Source of the DNA: Rudaea sp.
Lineage (GTDB): Bacteria > Pseudomonadota > Gammaproteobacteria > Xanthomonadales > Rhodanobacteraceae
Length of the DNA: 64,000 bases
Direction: 5' to 3'
NCBI GenBank assembly: GCA_035655975.1
Contig: DASRTK010000058.1
Span: 2,245-66,244 of the forward strand
Shown: piece by piece, positions 41,216 to 51,401 of the stretch
Numbering within the stretch: position 1 is the stretch's first letter
Layout of the letters: each line of letters opens with the position of its first letter
The notes under the pieces: model-generated
The model's input: the letters and a program-made list of their open reading frames with translations, nothing else
What the model was told of the DNA's origin: nothing
The model's database searches: none
Position numbers and translations under genes: made by a program

Positions 41216-42019
41216 ATGATCAGCAACACGCAGTCAGGCACGAACATCAACGAAATCGCCGACGGCATCTACCGGATCAATACGCCGGTGACGCTTCCGG
41301 GCGCCGGCCAATTCAGTTTCAACCAGTACCTGATCGTCGATGAGGCACCGCTGCTGTTCCACACCGGTCCACGCCGCATGTTCCCCCTCGTGCGCGAGGC
41401 TGTCGGCCTCGTGATCGCGGTCGAACGGTTGAAATACGTCGGCTTCTCGCACTTCGAGGCCGACGAATGCGGAGCGCTGAACGAGTGGCTCGCGGCAGCG
41501 CCGCAGTCCGAGCCGGTCTGCGGGCAGATCGGCGCGATGGTTTCCGTCAACGACATCGCCGAGCGGCCGGCGCGCGCGCTGGCGGATGGGGAAGTTCTGA
41601 AACTCGGCCGCCATAGCATGCGCTGGTTCGATACGCCGCATCTGCCGCACGGCTGGGACTGCGGGCTCATGATGGAGGCGACGACACGCACGTTTTTGTG
41701 TGGCGATCTGTTTACCCAGGGCGGAGCGGGCGAAACGCCACTGGTCGAATCCGACATTCTCGGCCCGAGCGAAGCGTTCCGCGCGCCGATGGACTACTTC
41801 AGCCATGCGCCGACCACGGCCGCGATGCTCGAGCGCCTGGCGCAGGAGCGGCCGACGACGCTGGCCTGCATGCACGGAAGCGCGTGGCGTGGAGACGGCG
41901 CAGCGCTATTGCGTGCGCTTGCCGGTCGATTGCATGAGGACCAGTTGCGCATGCAGGATGCGACCAACGGGGCGCGACACGCGCAATTACGTGTCATGCC
42001 GGAAACGGTCGAGGCCTGA
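41216..42019 (+). CDS. MBL-fold metallo-hydrolase / di-iron protein (FprA N-domain-like)
   Basis: FNQYLI, HTG, SHFEADECG, TPHLPHGW, CGDLF, ACMHG; AGGAGG RBS. Confidence 0.85.
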   Translation: MISNTQSGTNINEIADGIYRINTPVTLPGAGQFSFNQYLIVDEAPLLFHTGPRRMFPLVREAVGLVIAVERLKYVGFSHFEADECGALNEWLAAAPQSEPVCGQIGAMVSVNDIAERPARALADGEVLKLGRHSMRWFDTPHLPHGWDCGLMMEATTRTFLCGDLFTQGGAGETPLVESDILGPSEAFRAPMDYFSHAPTTAAMLERLAQERPTTLACMHGSAWRGDGAALLRALAGRLHEDQLRMQDATNGARHAQLRVMPETVEA

Positions 42020-42144
42020 CCTCGTCGGGGCGCTCTTGCGGATCACGCCGGTCATCCGGCGCTGTCCGGCTGGTCGTAAGGCACACGCTCCGTCGTGTGG
42101 CGCTTGCGCGGTGGTTGTGTGCGGCGTTGCCCGCGCGGCGCGCA

Positions 42145-43281
42145 ATGGCGCACGGAATTGTGTACGCTGGCGGCCATGTCATCACTGTCCGCCGGCACCT
42201 CGCGCCGTTCACACTCCGGAATCGAGCGAACTTGAACGGGTTTCCGGGTTTCACGCCATCCGATCGCGTACTCGTTGTTGCGCCCCATCCCGATGACGAG
42301 TCGATCGCCACGGGCGGGCTGTTGCAGGTCGCACGAGCCGCCGGCGCGGCGTGCCGCGTATTGCTCGTCACGGACGGTGACAACAACCCCTGGCCGCAAC
42401 GCTGGCAGGAAAAGCGCTGGCGCATTGGACCCGCTGAGCGGGCGCGCTGGGGCGCACGGCGGCGAACCGAAGCGCTGGCGGCGCTGCAACTGCTCGGCGT
42501 TGGGCCCGATGAGGTCTGCAGTCTGGGTTTAGCGGATCTCGGCCTGACGGATGCGCTGATGTCCGGCGGCCCGGACGTCGTCACGCTGCTGCTCGCGCAG
42601 CTCGATCAGTTCAAACCGACGCGACTGATAGTGCCGGCGCTCGAGGATCGCCACCCGGATCATAATGCACTGCACGTACTGTTCCGTCTGGCGTTGCTGC
42701 GCTATGCAGGTCCGGCGCCGCAGTTGTACGCTTTCGAGGTGCACGGCATGGTGCATCCCGAAGGTGCCGTCGCGTTGTCGCTGAGCGAGGCGCAGCGCGA
42801 CGCCAAGCGCGCCTCGATCCTGATGCATGCGACACAAATGCTGCTGAGCCGGAAGCGATTTGTCGCCTATGCCCAGGCAGAGGAACCATTCCGGCTCGTG
42901 CCTTGGCTGGCCGCACCCAGTCCGCATCATCCGTTGGTCGCTCAGTTGGATTCACAAGGCGATCTGCGCGTGCGAATCGACCACGCGGAATGGGGCGGCA
43001 GCATGCGCGGACTTTCATTGTTCCTCGTCGCGCAGCGTGGCGGTGGCGACTCGTTGCGTTATCGCATCGCCGTGGGCGCCGGATCGGTGGCGGACGTCCG
43101 TGACATGCAAGGAGACCACGCCGCATCTCCCGCTGAAATCAACCGCACGAATGCCGAAACGGTGGTCACCGTGCGATCGATCGGCAGCCTCCGGGCGGGC
43201 TGGGTCAAGCTTGGGCGGCCCGTGCCGGGATTGTTCGTCCTTGATCGCGTCGGTTGGCAAACGGTTTCGCAACCGGCCTGA
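42145..43281 (+). CDS. PIG-L/LmbE family deacetylase with extra C-terminal domain
   Basis: VVAPHPDDE, TDG, RR.EA..A, DRHPDH, HATQ; start uncertain. Confidence 0.82.
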   Translation: MAHGIVYAGGHVITVRRHLAPFTLRNRANLNGFPGFTPSDRVLVVAPHPDDESIATGGLLQVARAAGAACRVLLVTDGDNNPWPQRWQEKRWRIGPAERARWGARRRTEALAALQLLGVGPDEVCSLGLADLGLTDALMSGGPDVVTLLLAQLDQFKPTRLIVPALEDRHPDHNALHVLFRLALLRYAGPAPQLYAFEVHGMVHPEGAVALSLSEAQRDAKRASILMHATQMLLSRKRFVAYAQAEEPFRLVPWLAAPSPHHPLVAQLDSQGDLRVRIDHAEWGGSMRGLSLFLVAQRGGGDSLRYRIAVGAGSVADVRDMQGDHAASPAEINRTNAETVVTVRSIGSLRAGWVKLGRPVPGLFVLDRVGWQTVSQPA

Positions 43282-43355
43282 AAGCCCACAGGCACAGGGG
43301 GCACGACCGGATCCGCGATGCGCCGCTCAGCGCTGCGAACGAGTTCCGGTCGCGG

Positions 43356-43384
43356 AAAAACAAAACCCGCCATCAGGCGGGTTT
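43356..43384 (-). terminator. Intrinsic terminator of tRNA-Pro
   Basis: AAACCCGCC-atca-GGCGGGTTT hairpin with a U-rich tail on the minus strand. Confidence 0.75.
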
Positions 43385-43403
43385 GGTCAAACAACGATTC
43401 TAG

Positions 43404-43480
43404 TGGTCGGGGTGACAAGATTCGAACTTGCGACTTCTACCTCCCGAAAGTAGCGCTCTACCAGGCTGAGCTACACCCCG
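43404..43480 (-). tRNA. tRNA-Pro (anticodon CGG)
   Basis: CGGGGTGTAGCTCAGCCTGGTAGAGCG...TTCGGGA loop...GTTCGAATC...CCCCGACCA; 77 nt with encoded CCA. Confidence 0.96.
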
Positions 43481-43643
43481 ACTGCGCCACACCTCCAGCC
43501 CGTGGCTGGTCACGCGCTGGGCGTGTGTGTTGGCGAGCCGCGAATGATAGCGGCGGGGCCGCCCGGACGCAACCGCGGCCGGGCCCAGTCTGCTAGGCTA
43601 TGACGCCTTTTGCGGCCCCCGGCCGCGCGATTCCGAGGACTTC

Positions 43644-45017
43644 ATGGCGTTGACCCCAGCCCGCACCATGCCTGGCGTGATGGAGCTTTTGCCGCTCGAT
43701 CAGATCGCGTTCCAGGACATGCTGGACACGATCCGGCGCAATTTCGAACGCTTCGGCTTCCTGCCGATTGAGACGCCGGTCATGGAATTCAGCGACATCC
43801 TGCTGACCAAGCAGGGCGGCGAGACCGAGCGGCAGGTTTACTTCGTCCAGTCGACCGGCACCCTCGAGCAAGGCGGCAAGCCCGAACTGGCGCTGCGCTT
43901 CGACCTGACCGTGCCGCTCGCGCGCTACGTTGCCCAGCACGAGAACGAGCTGAATTTCCCATTCCGCCGCTATCAGATCCAGCGCGTTTATCGCGGCGAG
44001 CGTGCCCAGCGCGGCCGCTTCCGCGAGTTCTACCAGTGCGACATCGACGTGATCGGCAAGGATCACCTGTCGATCCGCTACGACGCCGAGATTCCGGCGG
44101 TCATCTACAGCGTGTTCCGCGACCTGGCGATCGGGCCATTCACGATCCAGCTCAACAATCGCAAGCTGATGCGCGGGTTTTTCGAAGGCGTCGGCATCGC
44201 CGACAGCGAGCAGCAGGCGCTCGCGCTGCGGGAGGTCGACAAGCTCGACAAGCGCGGCGCCGACCACGTGCGCGACACGTTGACCGGCGAGGGGTTTGGA
44301 TTGTCGCCCGAGGCTGCAAGGCGGATCCTCGACTTCGTGCAGATTCGCTCGCACGGCCATGCCGATGCGCTGGCCCGGCTCGAGGCGCTCGGCAGGGGCA
44401 GCGAGACGTTCAACCAGGGCATGGCCGAACTGCGCGAGGTGCTGGACCTGATCAAGGCGTTCGGCGTGCCGGAAACGCACTATGCGATCAACCTGTCGAT
44501 CGCGCGCGGCCTGGACTACTACACCGGCACCGTCTACGAGACGACGTTGAACGAACATCCGCAGATCGGCTCGATCTGTTCGGGCGGGCGCTACGACAAC
44601 CTTGCGACAAATTATACAAAGTCGCAACTGCCCGGCGTCGGCATTTCGATCGGCGCAACACGGCTGTTCTATCAATTGCGCGAGGCCAAGCTGCTCGGCA
44701 ACGCCGACAGCACGGTCAAGGTGCTGGTTACGCAAATGGACGAGGCGCAGTTGCCGGCCTACCTCGAACTCGCCGCGTTGCTGCGTAACGCCGGCATCGC
44801 CACCGAAGTCGTCATGGAAGCCGGCAAGCTCGGCAAGCAGTTCAAGCACGCCGACCGCGCCGGCATCCGTTTCGTCGTCGTGCTCGGACCGGACGAGATC
44901 GCGAAGGGCGTCGTCACGGTCAAGGACATGCGCAAGCAGGACCAGTTCGAAGTCCCGCGCGCGGACTTGGTGAAGACATTGCGCGTGGAACTTGAGCAGG
45001 CTGAAGCGATGAAGTGA
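43644..45017 (+). CDS. hisS: Histidyl-tRNA synthetase
   Basis: [44 protein letters not shown]. Confidence 0.96.
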   Translation: MALTPARTMPGVMELLPLDQIAFQDMLDTIRRNFERFGFLPIETPVMEFSDILLTKQGGETERQVYFVQSTGTLEQGGKPELALRFDLTVPLARYVAQHENELNFPFRRYQIQRVYRGERAQRGRFREFYQCDIDVIGKDHLSIRYDAEIPAVIYSVFRDLAIGPFTIQLNNRKLMRGFFEGVGIADSEQQALALREVDKLDKRGADHVRDTLTGEGFGLSPEAARRILDFVQIRSHGHADALARLEALGRGSETFNQGMAELREVLDLIKAFGVPETHYAINLSIARGLDYYTGTVYETTLNEHPQIGSICSGGRYDNLATNYTKSQLPGVGISIGATRLFYQLREAKLLGNADSTVKVLVTQMDEAQLPAYLELAALLRNAGIATEVVMEAGKLGKQFKHADRAGIRFVVVLGPDEIAKGVVTVKDMRKQDQFEVPRADLVKTLRVELEQAEAMK

Positions 45018-45048
45018 TGGCCGCGTGCCACAACTCAAAAAATTGGAC

Positions 45049-45442
45049 GTCATTCCCGCGAAAGCGGGAATCCATTTTGCTTTTCAGGAGTGACACGGCA
45101 AGGAGAGCCGATGAAAGCCAAACAACCGGCTGTTTACATCTTGGCGAGCGCGCCACGAGGCACGCTATACATAGGCGTAACGGGCTGGCTCCGACACCGC
45201 GTTTGGGAGCATCGAGAGGGAATAATAGACGGCTTCACGAAGACGCATGGCGTGAAGCATCTCGTCTGGTCTGAATCGTTTGCAGATTTTCCGTCTGCGA
45301 TAACCCGCGAGAAGCAGTTGAAGAAGTGGAATCGCACTTGGAAAATCGAATTGGTCGAGAAGACGAACCCTGAATGGAGAGACTTGTGGTTGCAGCTGCT
45401 CGACTGAAGAGCAACATGGATTCCCGCTTTCGCGGGAATGAC
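45049..45442 (+). mobile_element. Putative REP-bounded element carrying a GIY-YIG nuclease
   Basis: Perfect 25-bp terminal inverted arms GTCATTCCCGCGAAAGCGGGAATCC (45049-45073) and GGATTCCCGCTTTCGCGGGAATGAC (45418-45442) enclosing one ORF; mobility is inferred. Confidence 0.65.
45111..45407 (+). CDS. Small GIY-YIG nuclease family protein (98 aa)
   Basis: AVYILAS...TLYIGVT..L..RVWEH...GFT...AI.REKQLK.W.R.WK..L.E..NP.W.DL; AGGAG RBS. Confidence 0.9.
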   Translation: MKAKQPAVYILASAPRGTLYIGVTGWLRHRVWEHREGIIDGFTKTHGVKHLVWSESFADFPSAITREKQLKKWNRTWKIELVEKTNPEWRDLWLQLLD

Positions 45443-45489
45443 GACATCTATTCTTGGCCGTGCTTTCAAATGTTGGGCATCATCCTCGA

Positions 45490-47376
45490 ATGAGCATCAT
45501 CACCCTCGACGGCAACAGCCTGATCCGCGATCACGTTGCGGCGATTGCGCGTGGGGCGCGCATTGCGCTCGACGATGCGCAGCTGGAAAAGGTCCAGCGC
45601 ACGGCGGACTTTCTCGCGGCGCAGGTCAAGCGCGGAGAGCCGATCTATGGCGTGACGACCGGCTTCGGCAGCAACGCCGACAAGCTGCTCGGCGCGCATC
45701 GTGCGCGCGACGAATTGCCGGGCGGCAATCCCGAAGCGCGCAACGGCACGCTGATGGAGGAATTGCAACACAACCTCGTCATTACGCACGCGGTCTGCGT
45801 CGGCAAGCCGCTGTCGATCGAGGTCGTGCGCGCGATGCTCGCGATCCGCGTGAACACGCTGATGCGCGGGCATTCGGGCATTCGCGCATCGACCCTGCGC
45901 GCGCTCGCCGAGTTGCTCAATCGCGGCGTCATTCCGGTGATTCCCGAAAAGGGTTCGGTCGGCGCGAGCGGCGATCTTGCGCCGCTGTCGCATCTGGCCA
46001 ATGTGCTGCTCGGAGAGGGTGAGGCGTTCTACGCGGGTGAACGGCTTCCGGGTGGCGAAGCGCTGACGCGCGCCGGCCTGACGCCGGTGCGGCTGTCATT
46101 CAAGGAAGGCCTCGCGCTGAACAACGGCACGACGCAGATGCTGGCGACGGCCGCGCTGGCGCTCGATCAGCTCGAACGGCTGCTGGCTACGGCCGATGTC
46201 GCCTCTGCAATGTCGCTTGATGCCTTCGCAGGCCGGAAATCTGCGTTCAAGGCCGAAGTCCACGCGCTGCGACCGCATCCCGGGCAGGTGCAGACCGCGG
46301 CCAATTTGCGCGACCTGCTCGAAGGTTCGACTCTGGCCGACATTCCTTATCATCTGGTTCCGCGTTTCCGCACCTGGTTGGCCGAGTCGTGGAACGATCC
46401 GGCCGACCAGTCGCATCGCTTCGACATCTGCTGGGACTACGTGCCGGCCTCGCAGCGCCACGGCAAGGAAGCCTTCTACGCCCGCTTTCTGCCGTTCAAG
46501 GGCGGCAAGAAGCATCAGCCGCAGGATGCCTATTGCCTGCGCTGCATCCCGCAAGTGCACGGAGCGGTGCGCGATGCGCTGATGCAAGCGCAGCGCGTGA
46601 TCGATATCGAACTCAACGCGGTGACTGACAATCCGCTGGTATTCCCAGATGCAACAGATGCGAAGGTGATCGAAGACCAGGTGATCTCGGCCGGCCACTT
46701 TCATGGCATGCCGCTCGCGCTGGCGATGAGTTACGTCAAGGCGGCGATTCCGGTGCTCGCCTCGATTTCCGAGCGCCGCCTGAACAAGCTCGTCGATCCG
46801 GCGACGAACGACGGCTTGCCCGCGTTCCTGATCGGCAACGAGGACGCAACGGATTCGGGCTTCATGATCGTGCAGTACACGGCTGCGGCGCTCGTCAACG
46901 ACCTCGCCACCCGCGCGCACCCGGCCAGCGTCTATTCGATACCGACCAGCGCGAATGCCGAGGACCATGTGTCGATGGGTGCGAACGAAGCCCGCCACGT
47001 GCTCGACATGACCGAAGACCTCGCCCACGTGCTTGCACTGGAATTGTATACAGCGGCGCAGGCGCTCGAATATCGCCAGGATATGCTCAACGCCGCGCGC
47101 ACGCTTGCGGCACGCGGCGACTGGCAGGCGCTCGTGTCGAAGATATCGAACGCACCCAAGCCGGATCACGCGCGTTATGCGCAATTCGAAGCTGAAGTGC
47201 GCGCGTTGATGCAGGCGCTGGCCGAGGCCGGCGAATTCCACGCCGGCGAACCGCTGCGTGCGGCATTCGCGAAGATCCGCGAGACGATTCCCTTCATGCA
47301 TCGCGATCGCGCGATGGATGGCGACATCCAGCGCATCTGCGCGCTGGTCGCGAGCGGAAGCTTGCTGGGCGGTTGA
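45490..47376 (+). CDS. hutH: Histidine ammonia-lyase-like MIO enzyme, long form
   Basis: IYGVTTGFG, GSVGASGDLAPL (ASG), KEGLAL.NGT, QDAY.LRC.PQVHG, EDHVSMG. Confidence 0.82.
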   Translation: MSIITLDGNSLIRDHVAAIARGARIALDDAQLEKVQRTADFLAAQVKRGEPIYGVTTGFGSNADKLLGAHRARDELPGGNPEARNGTLMEELQHNLVITHAVCVGKPLSIEVVRAMLAIRVNTLMRGHSGIRASTLRALAELLNRGVIPVIPEKGSVGASGDLAPLSHLANVLLGEGEAFYAGERLPGGEALTRAGLTPVRLSFKEGLALNNGTTQMLATAALALDQLERLLATADVASAMSLDAFAGRKSAFKAEVHALRPHPGQVQTAANLRDLLEGSTLADIPYHLVPRFRTWLAESWNDPADQSHRFDICWDYVPASQRHGKEAFYARFLPFKGGKKHQPQDAYCLRCIPQVHGAVRDALMQAQRVIDIELNAVTDNPLVFPDATDAKVIEDQVISAGHFHGMPLALAMSYVKAAIPVLASISERRLNKLVDPATNDGLPAFLIGNEDATDSGFMIVQYTAAALVNDLATRAHPASVYSIPTSANAEDHVSMGANEARHVLDMTEDLAHVLALELYTAAQALEYRQDMLNAARTLAARGDWQALVSKISNAPKPDHARYAQFEAEVRALMQALAEAGEFHAGEPLRAAFAKIRETIPFMHRDRAMDGDIQRICALVASGSLLGG

Positions 47377-47637
47377 TTTTAGTCCCCGTCACCGTGCGGT
47401 GAGGAGTGTAACCTCCGTGACGATATCCGTTCCAGGGGAAGAACATCGATACCGCTAACTTGCCGCCGCTGGCACTTCTTGCCGGCGCGATCTCGCCCCG
47501 CGTGGTTCGGCCGTCAGTTCCACCGTCACGTTCAGCGAGGCAGCGCTCCATCCAGCGTGCGCGTGTACCCGGGGCATCCGAGGCTCATTCCCGCGCGCCT
47601 TGCGCGGCCGCACGTGATCGATTATGCTTCGATTCAA

Positions 47638-47657
47638 TGTATTAATGCGTTAATACA
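47638..47657. promoter_or_regulatory. Palindromic operator upstream of the his operon
   Basis: TGTATTAA-tgcg-TTAATACA, AT-rich perfect 8-bp inverted repeat 33 nt before the TrpR-like gene. Confidence 0.7.
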
Positions 47658-47690
47658 CTATTCATCGCCAGACGCTATTCTCGGATCACC

Positions 47691-48089
47691 ATGAAACGCC
47701 GTTCACTCAAACCGGAATCCGAGTCGGCCCAGGTCGAGGAAAGCCTGTGCCGCGCCTTGCTCGCTCTGGACACGGTCGCCGAGATGCGTTCGTTCCTGCG
47801 CGACCTGTGCACACCGGCCGAACTCGAGGCGCTGATCGACCGTTGGCGCGTCGTGCCATACCTGCTGCGTGGCATGGCTTATCGCGAGATCCATGACCGG
47901 ACCGCGGTCAGCGTGACGACGATCGGGCGCGTCGCGCGCTTTCTCAGCCAGGGCAACGGCGGCTACCAGGCTGCGATCGCGCACCATGCCGTGCCTGCCC
48001 AGCTCAAACGCGTCCAGCGCAAGCGCGGCCGGCCGGCGCGAACACCAGATATCGAGCCGGCGGCAAAGCGAGCGGGGGCAGCGCGATGA
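47691..48089 (+). CDS. YerC/YecD TrpR-related repressor (HisR-like)
   Basis: FLRDLCTPAEL..L.DRW...YREI...T.VS.TTIGRVAR.L..G.GGY. Confidence 0.88.
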   Translation: MKRRSLKPESESAQVEESLCRALLALDTVAEMRSFLRDLCTPAELEALIDRWRVVPYLLRGMAYREIHDRTAVSVTTIGRVARFLSQGNGGYQAAIAHHAVPAQLKRVQRKRGRPARTPDIEPAAKRAGAAR

Positions 48090-49003
48090 GTCCCGTTGCC
48101 ACGAACAAATCACGCGAGCGCCTGCGCATCGCCGTGCAGAAGTCCGGCCGGCTGGCCGATGCCTCGCAGGAGCTGCTGGCGCGTTGCGGACTGAAGTTCC
48201 GCCAGAGCCGCGACAAGCTGTTCTGCTTCGGCGAGAGCCTGCCAATCGACCTGCTGCTCGTCCGCGACGACGACATTCCGGGCCTGATCGCACAAGGCGT
48301 CTGTGACCTTGGCATCGTCGGGCGCAACGTGCTCGGCGAGCAGATCGTTGCGGCTCGCGTGCGGGCCGAAGCGCAGCCGGCACGCGAATTGTGCGCGCTC
48401 GGATTCGGCACGTGTCGCCTGTCGATTGCCCTGCCGCAGGACGTCGAGTACGAGGAACCGCGCCAGCTCGAAGGACTGCGCATTGCGACGACCTATCCGG
48501 CCCTGCTCGGCGCATGGCTGCAGGACCACGGCGTCGAGGCGAGTGTCATCGTGCTGTCGGGCTCGGTCGAGATTGCGCCGAGACTGGGTACCGCGGACGG
48601 TATCTGCGATCTCGTTTCGAGCGGCGCAACTCTGGCGGCAAATCAGTTGCGCGAAGTCGCGACGATCTTCGAAAGCGAGGCCGTGCTTGCCGGCGCGCTG
48701 ATGACGCCCGCCGACGCGCGCGGCGAACTTGCCGAACAACTGCTGCGGCGCATCGAGGGCGTCACGCGCGTGCGCGAGTCCAAGCTGATCATGCTGCACG
48801 CGCCGCGTGCCTCGATCGCCGCGATAGCCCAGATGCTGCCGCAGGGTCAGACCGCCACGGTCATGTCGATCGAAGGCAGCGCCGATCAGGTTGCCCTGCA
48901 GGCGGTCTGCCACGGCGCGATCACCTGGCAACACCTGGAAGACATGAAACGCGCCGGCGCGCGCCAGTTGCTCGTCTTGCCGGTCGAGAAGATGCTCGCA
49001 TGA
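48086..49003 (+). CDS. hisG: ATP phosphoribosyltransferase (long form)
   Basis: [38 protein letters not shown]. Confidence 0.96.
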   Translation: MSPVATNKSRERLRIAVQKSGRLADASQELLARCGLKFRQSRDKLFCFGESLPIDLLLVRDDDIPGLIAQGVCDLGIVGRNVLGEQIVAARVRAEAQPARELCALGFGTCRLSIALPQDVEYEEPRQLEGLRIATTYPALLGAWLQDHGVEASVIVLSGSVEIAPRLGTADGICDLVSSGATLAANQLREVATIFESEAVLAGALMTPADARGELAEQLLRRIEGVTRVRESKLIMLHAPRASIAAIAQMLPQGQTATVMSIEGSADQVALQAVCHGAITWQHLEDMKRAGARQLLVLPVEKMLA

Positions 49004-50337
49004 GTGGCGACGCGAGCAGCGGATTTGCCGGCGCGATCATCGACTGGTCGATGCTCGACGGTAGCGCACGCGAGGCTGCGTTGCGGCGACCGGCGCAGCA
49101 GCGCAGTGAAGAGCTGACCGTGACGGTCGCGCGCATCCTTTCCCAGGTGCGCGCGGACGGCGACTCTGCACTGCGCGCGCTGACGCGGCGCTTCGACGGT
49201 TGCGAACTCAGTCGCTTCGCCGTCGGCCCGGACGAATTTTCCGCGGCTGAGGAAAAACTCGATGCCGACACGAAGCGCGCGATGGACGAGGCGCGTTCAC
49301 GCATCGAAACGTTCCATCGCGCCACGGCACCGCAGGCGCTGCGCATCGAGACTGCCCCGGGCGTCGCCTGCGAACGGATACTGCGTCCGATCGAACGCGT
49401 CGGCCTGTACGTGCCGGCCGGCGGGGCACCGCTGCCATCAACCGCGCTGATGCTCGGCGTACCCGCGCAGATCGCACAAAACCCGCAGGTCGTGCTCTGC
49501 ACGCCGCCGAATGCGGCAGGCGAGTGCGATGCTGCCACTCTGTACGTCGCGGCGCGCTGCGGCATCGAACAGGTGCTGAAGCTCGGCGGCGCGCAGGCGA
49601 TTGCAGCCATGGCGTTCGGCACGGAATCGGTGCCGAAGTGCGACAAGCTGTTCGGGCCGGGCAACGCCTGGGTCACCGAGGCGAAGCGGCAGGTGGCCGC
49701 AGACATCGATGGCGCGGCAATCGATCTTCCGGCCGGGCCTTCCGAAGTTCTCGTCATTGCCGATGCGCGCGCAAATCCGGATGCAGTGGCCGCCGACCTG
49801 CTCGCGCAGGCAGAGCACGGGCCGGACTCGCAGGTTGTTCTGATTACCGATGACCGCCGGTTGCTCCAAGCGAGCGTGCGCGCGATGCGGACACAGCTCG
49901 ACGAATTGCCGCGCAGGGAAATCGCCGCCGCGGCGCTGGCGCATGCTCGGATGATCCTCGTCGCCACGCTCGACGAAGCGATTGCCATCAGCAACGCGTA
50001 TGCGCCGGAGCACCTGATCCTGAACGTCGATACCCCGCGGCGCTGGCTCGAGAACGTCGAAAACGCCGGATCGGTGTTTCTCGGACCATGGTCGCCCGAA
50101 TCGGTCGGCGATTACTGCAGCGGCACGAACCACGTGCTGCCGACCTACGGCCACGCGCGCGCCTATAGCGGCGTGTCTGTCGCCAGTTTCCTCAAGCAGA
50201 TAACGGTGCAGGAACTGACGAGCGAAGGGCTGCGTGGCATCGGGCCCTGCGCGGCGACGCTCGCGCGCAGCGAGGGGCTGCATGCGCACGAGCGCGCGGT
50301 GACGCGGCGGTTGGCGATGCTTGGTGACGAGTCATGA
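49000..50337 (+). CDS. hisD: Histidinol dehydrogenase
   Basis: [44 protein letters not shown]. Confidence 0.96.
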   Translation: MSGDASSGFAGAIIDWSMLDGSAREAALRRPAQQRSEELTVTVARILSQVRADGDSALRALTRRFDGCELSRFAVGPDEFSAAEEKLDADTKRAMDEARSRIETFHRATAPQALRIETAPGVACERILRPIERVGLYVPAGGAPLPSTALMLGVPAQIAQNPQVVLCTPPNAAGECDAATLYVAARCGIEQVLKLGGAQAIAAMAFGTESVPKCDKLFGPGNAWVTEAKRQVAADIDGAAIDLPAGPSEVLVIADARANPDAVAADLLAQAEHGPDSQVVLITDDRRLLQASVRAMRTQLDELPRREIAAAALAHARMILVATLDEAIAISNAYAPEHLILNVDTPRRWLENVENAGSVFLGPWSPESVGDYCSGTNHVLPTYGHARAYSGVSVASFLKQITVQELTSEGLRGIGPCAATLARSEGLHAHERAVTRRLAMLGDES

Positions 50338-51401
50338 GCGCCGTCGATCTTGCACGCTCGGAAATCCGCGCGCTGAAACCGTATTCCTCAGCGCGCATGG
50401 AAGCCAGTGGGGGCTCGGTGCTTTTGAACGCGAACGAATCGCCGTGGCCGTCGGTCATGGGCGGAACTGGCGCGCTGAACCGCTATCCAGACCCGCAGCC
50501 GGCCGAACTCGTCAAGCGCTTGGCGGCGCTGTATGGCGTTGCGCCGGCCGAGGTGCTGGTCGGACGCGGCAGCGACGAAGCGATCGACCTGCTCGTGCGC
50601 GCCTTTTGCCGCGCAGGCCAGGATGCAGTCGTCGTCAGCTCGCCGACATTCGGCATGTATTCCGTGAGTGCCGGCATCCAGGATGCCGCCGTCATCGACG
50701 TGCCGCTGCGCGCCGACTTTTCGCTCGACGTCGATGGATTGCTGGCTAGCGTGTCCGCGCGCGTAAAACTCGTCTTCGTCTGTTCGCCGAACAACCCGAC
50801 CGGCAATCTCGTACCTTTGGCCACGATCGAACGGCTCGCCGCCGCCTTGACCGACCGCGCGCTGGTGGTGGTCGACGAGGCCTACATCGAGTTCGCCGGC
50901 GAGCCGAGCGCGACGGCGCTGCTTGCTCAATACGACAATGTCGTCGTGCTGCGCACGTTGTCGAAAGCGCATGCGCTGGCGGCCGCGCGCGTCGGCACGC
51001 TTCTCGCCCACGCCGATATCGTTGCGCTGCTGCGCCGGATCCTGCCGGCCTATCCATTGCCGGCGCCGTGCGTCGAGGCGGCGCTTGCGGCGATGACGCC
51101 GCCGGCGCTAGCCGCGACGCGAGTGCGCGTGGCCGGTTTGCTCGAAGCGCGTGAGCGCCTGGCTGACGTGCTCAAGACGTTCACGGGTGTGCGAGAAGTT
51201 TTCCCGTCGTCCGCAAACTTCCTGCTCGTGCGCTGCGCGGACGCCAATCGACTCTACCGCCAGCTGCTGGCTACCGGCGTGGTCGTGCGCGATGTGTCGC
51301 ATCACGCGGCGTTGAACGATTGCCTGCGCATCACGGTCGGCAGCGATGATGACCACCGGCGTTTGTTGGCGGCGCTCGGCTTGCGCGAGGAGGCAGCGTG
51401 A
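50334..51401 (+). CDS. hisC: Histidinol-phosphate aminotransferase
   Basis: NRYP, GSDEAI, SPNNPTG, DEAY, RTLSKA. Confidence 0.95.
   Translation: MSAVDLARSEIRALKPYSSARMEASGGSVLLNANESPWPSVMGGTGALNRYPDPQPAELVKRLAALYGVAPAEVLVGRGSDEAIDLLVRAFCRAGQDAVVVSSPTFGMYSVSAGIQDAAVIDVPLRADFSLDVDGLLASVSARVKLVFVCSPNNPTGNLVPLATIERLAAALTDRALVVVDEAYIEFAGEPSATALLAQYDNVVVLRTLSKAHALAAARVGTLLAHADIVALLRRILPAYPLPAPCVEAALAAMTPPALAATRVRVAGLLEARERLADVLKTFTGVREVFPSSANFLLVRCADANRLYRQLLATGVVVRDVSHHAALNDCLRITVGSDDDHRRLLAALGLREEAA

Noticed and set aside
39948-43480. tRNA-Pro-anchored genomic island
   Set aside because: No integrase, no duplicated tRNA 3' end found by eye, and the tRNA terminator is intact
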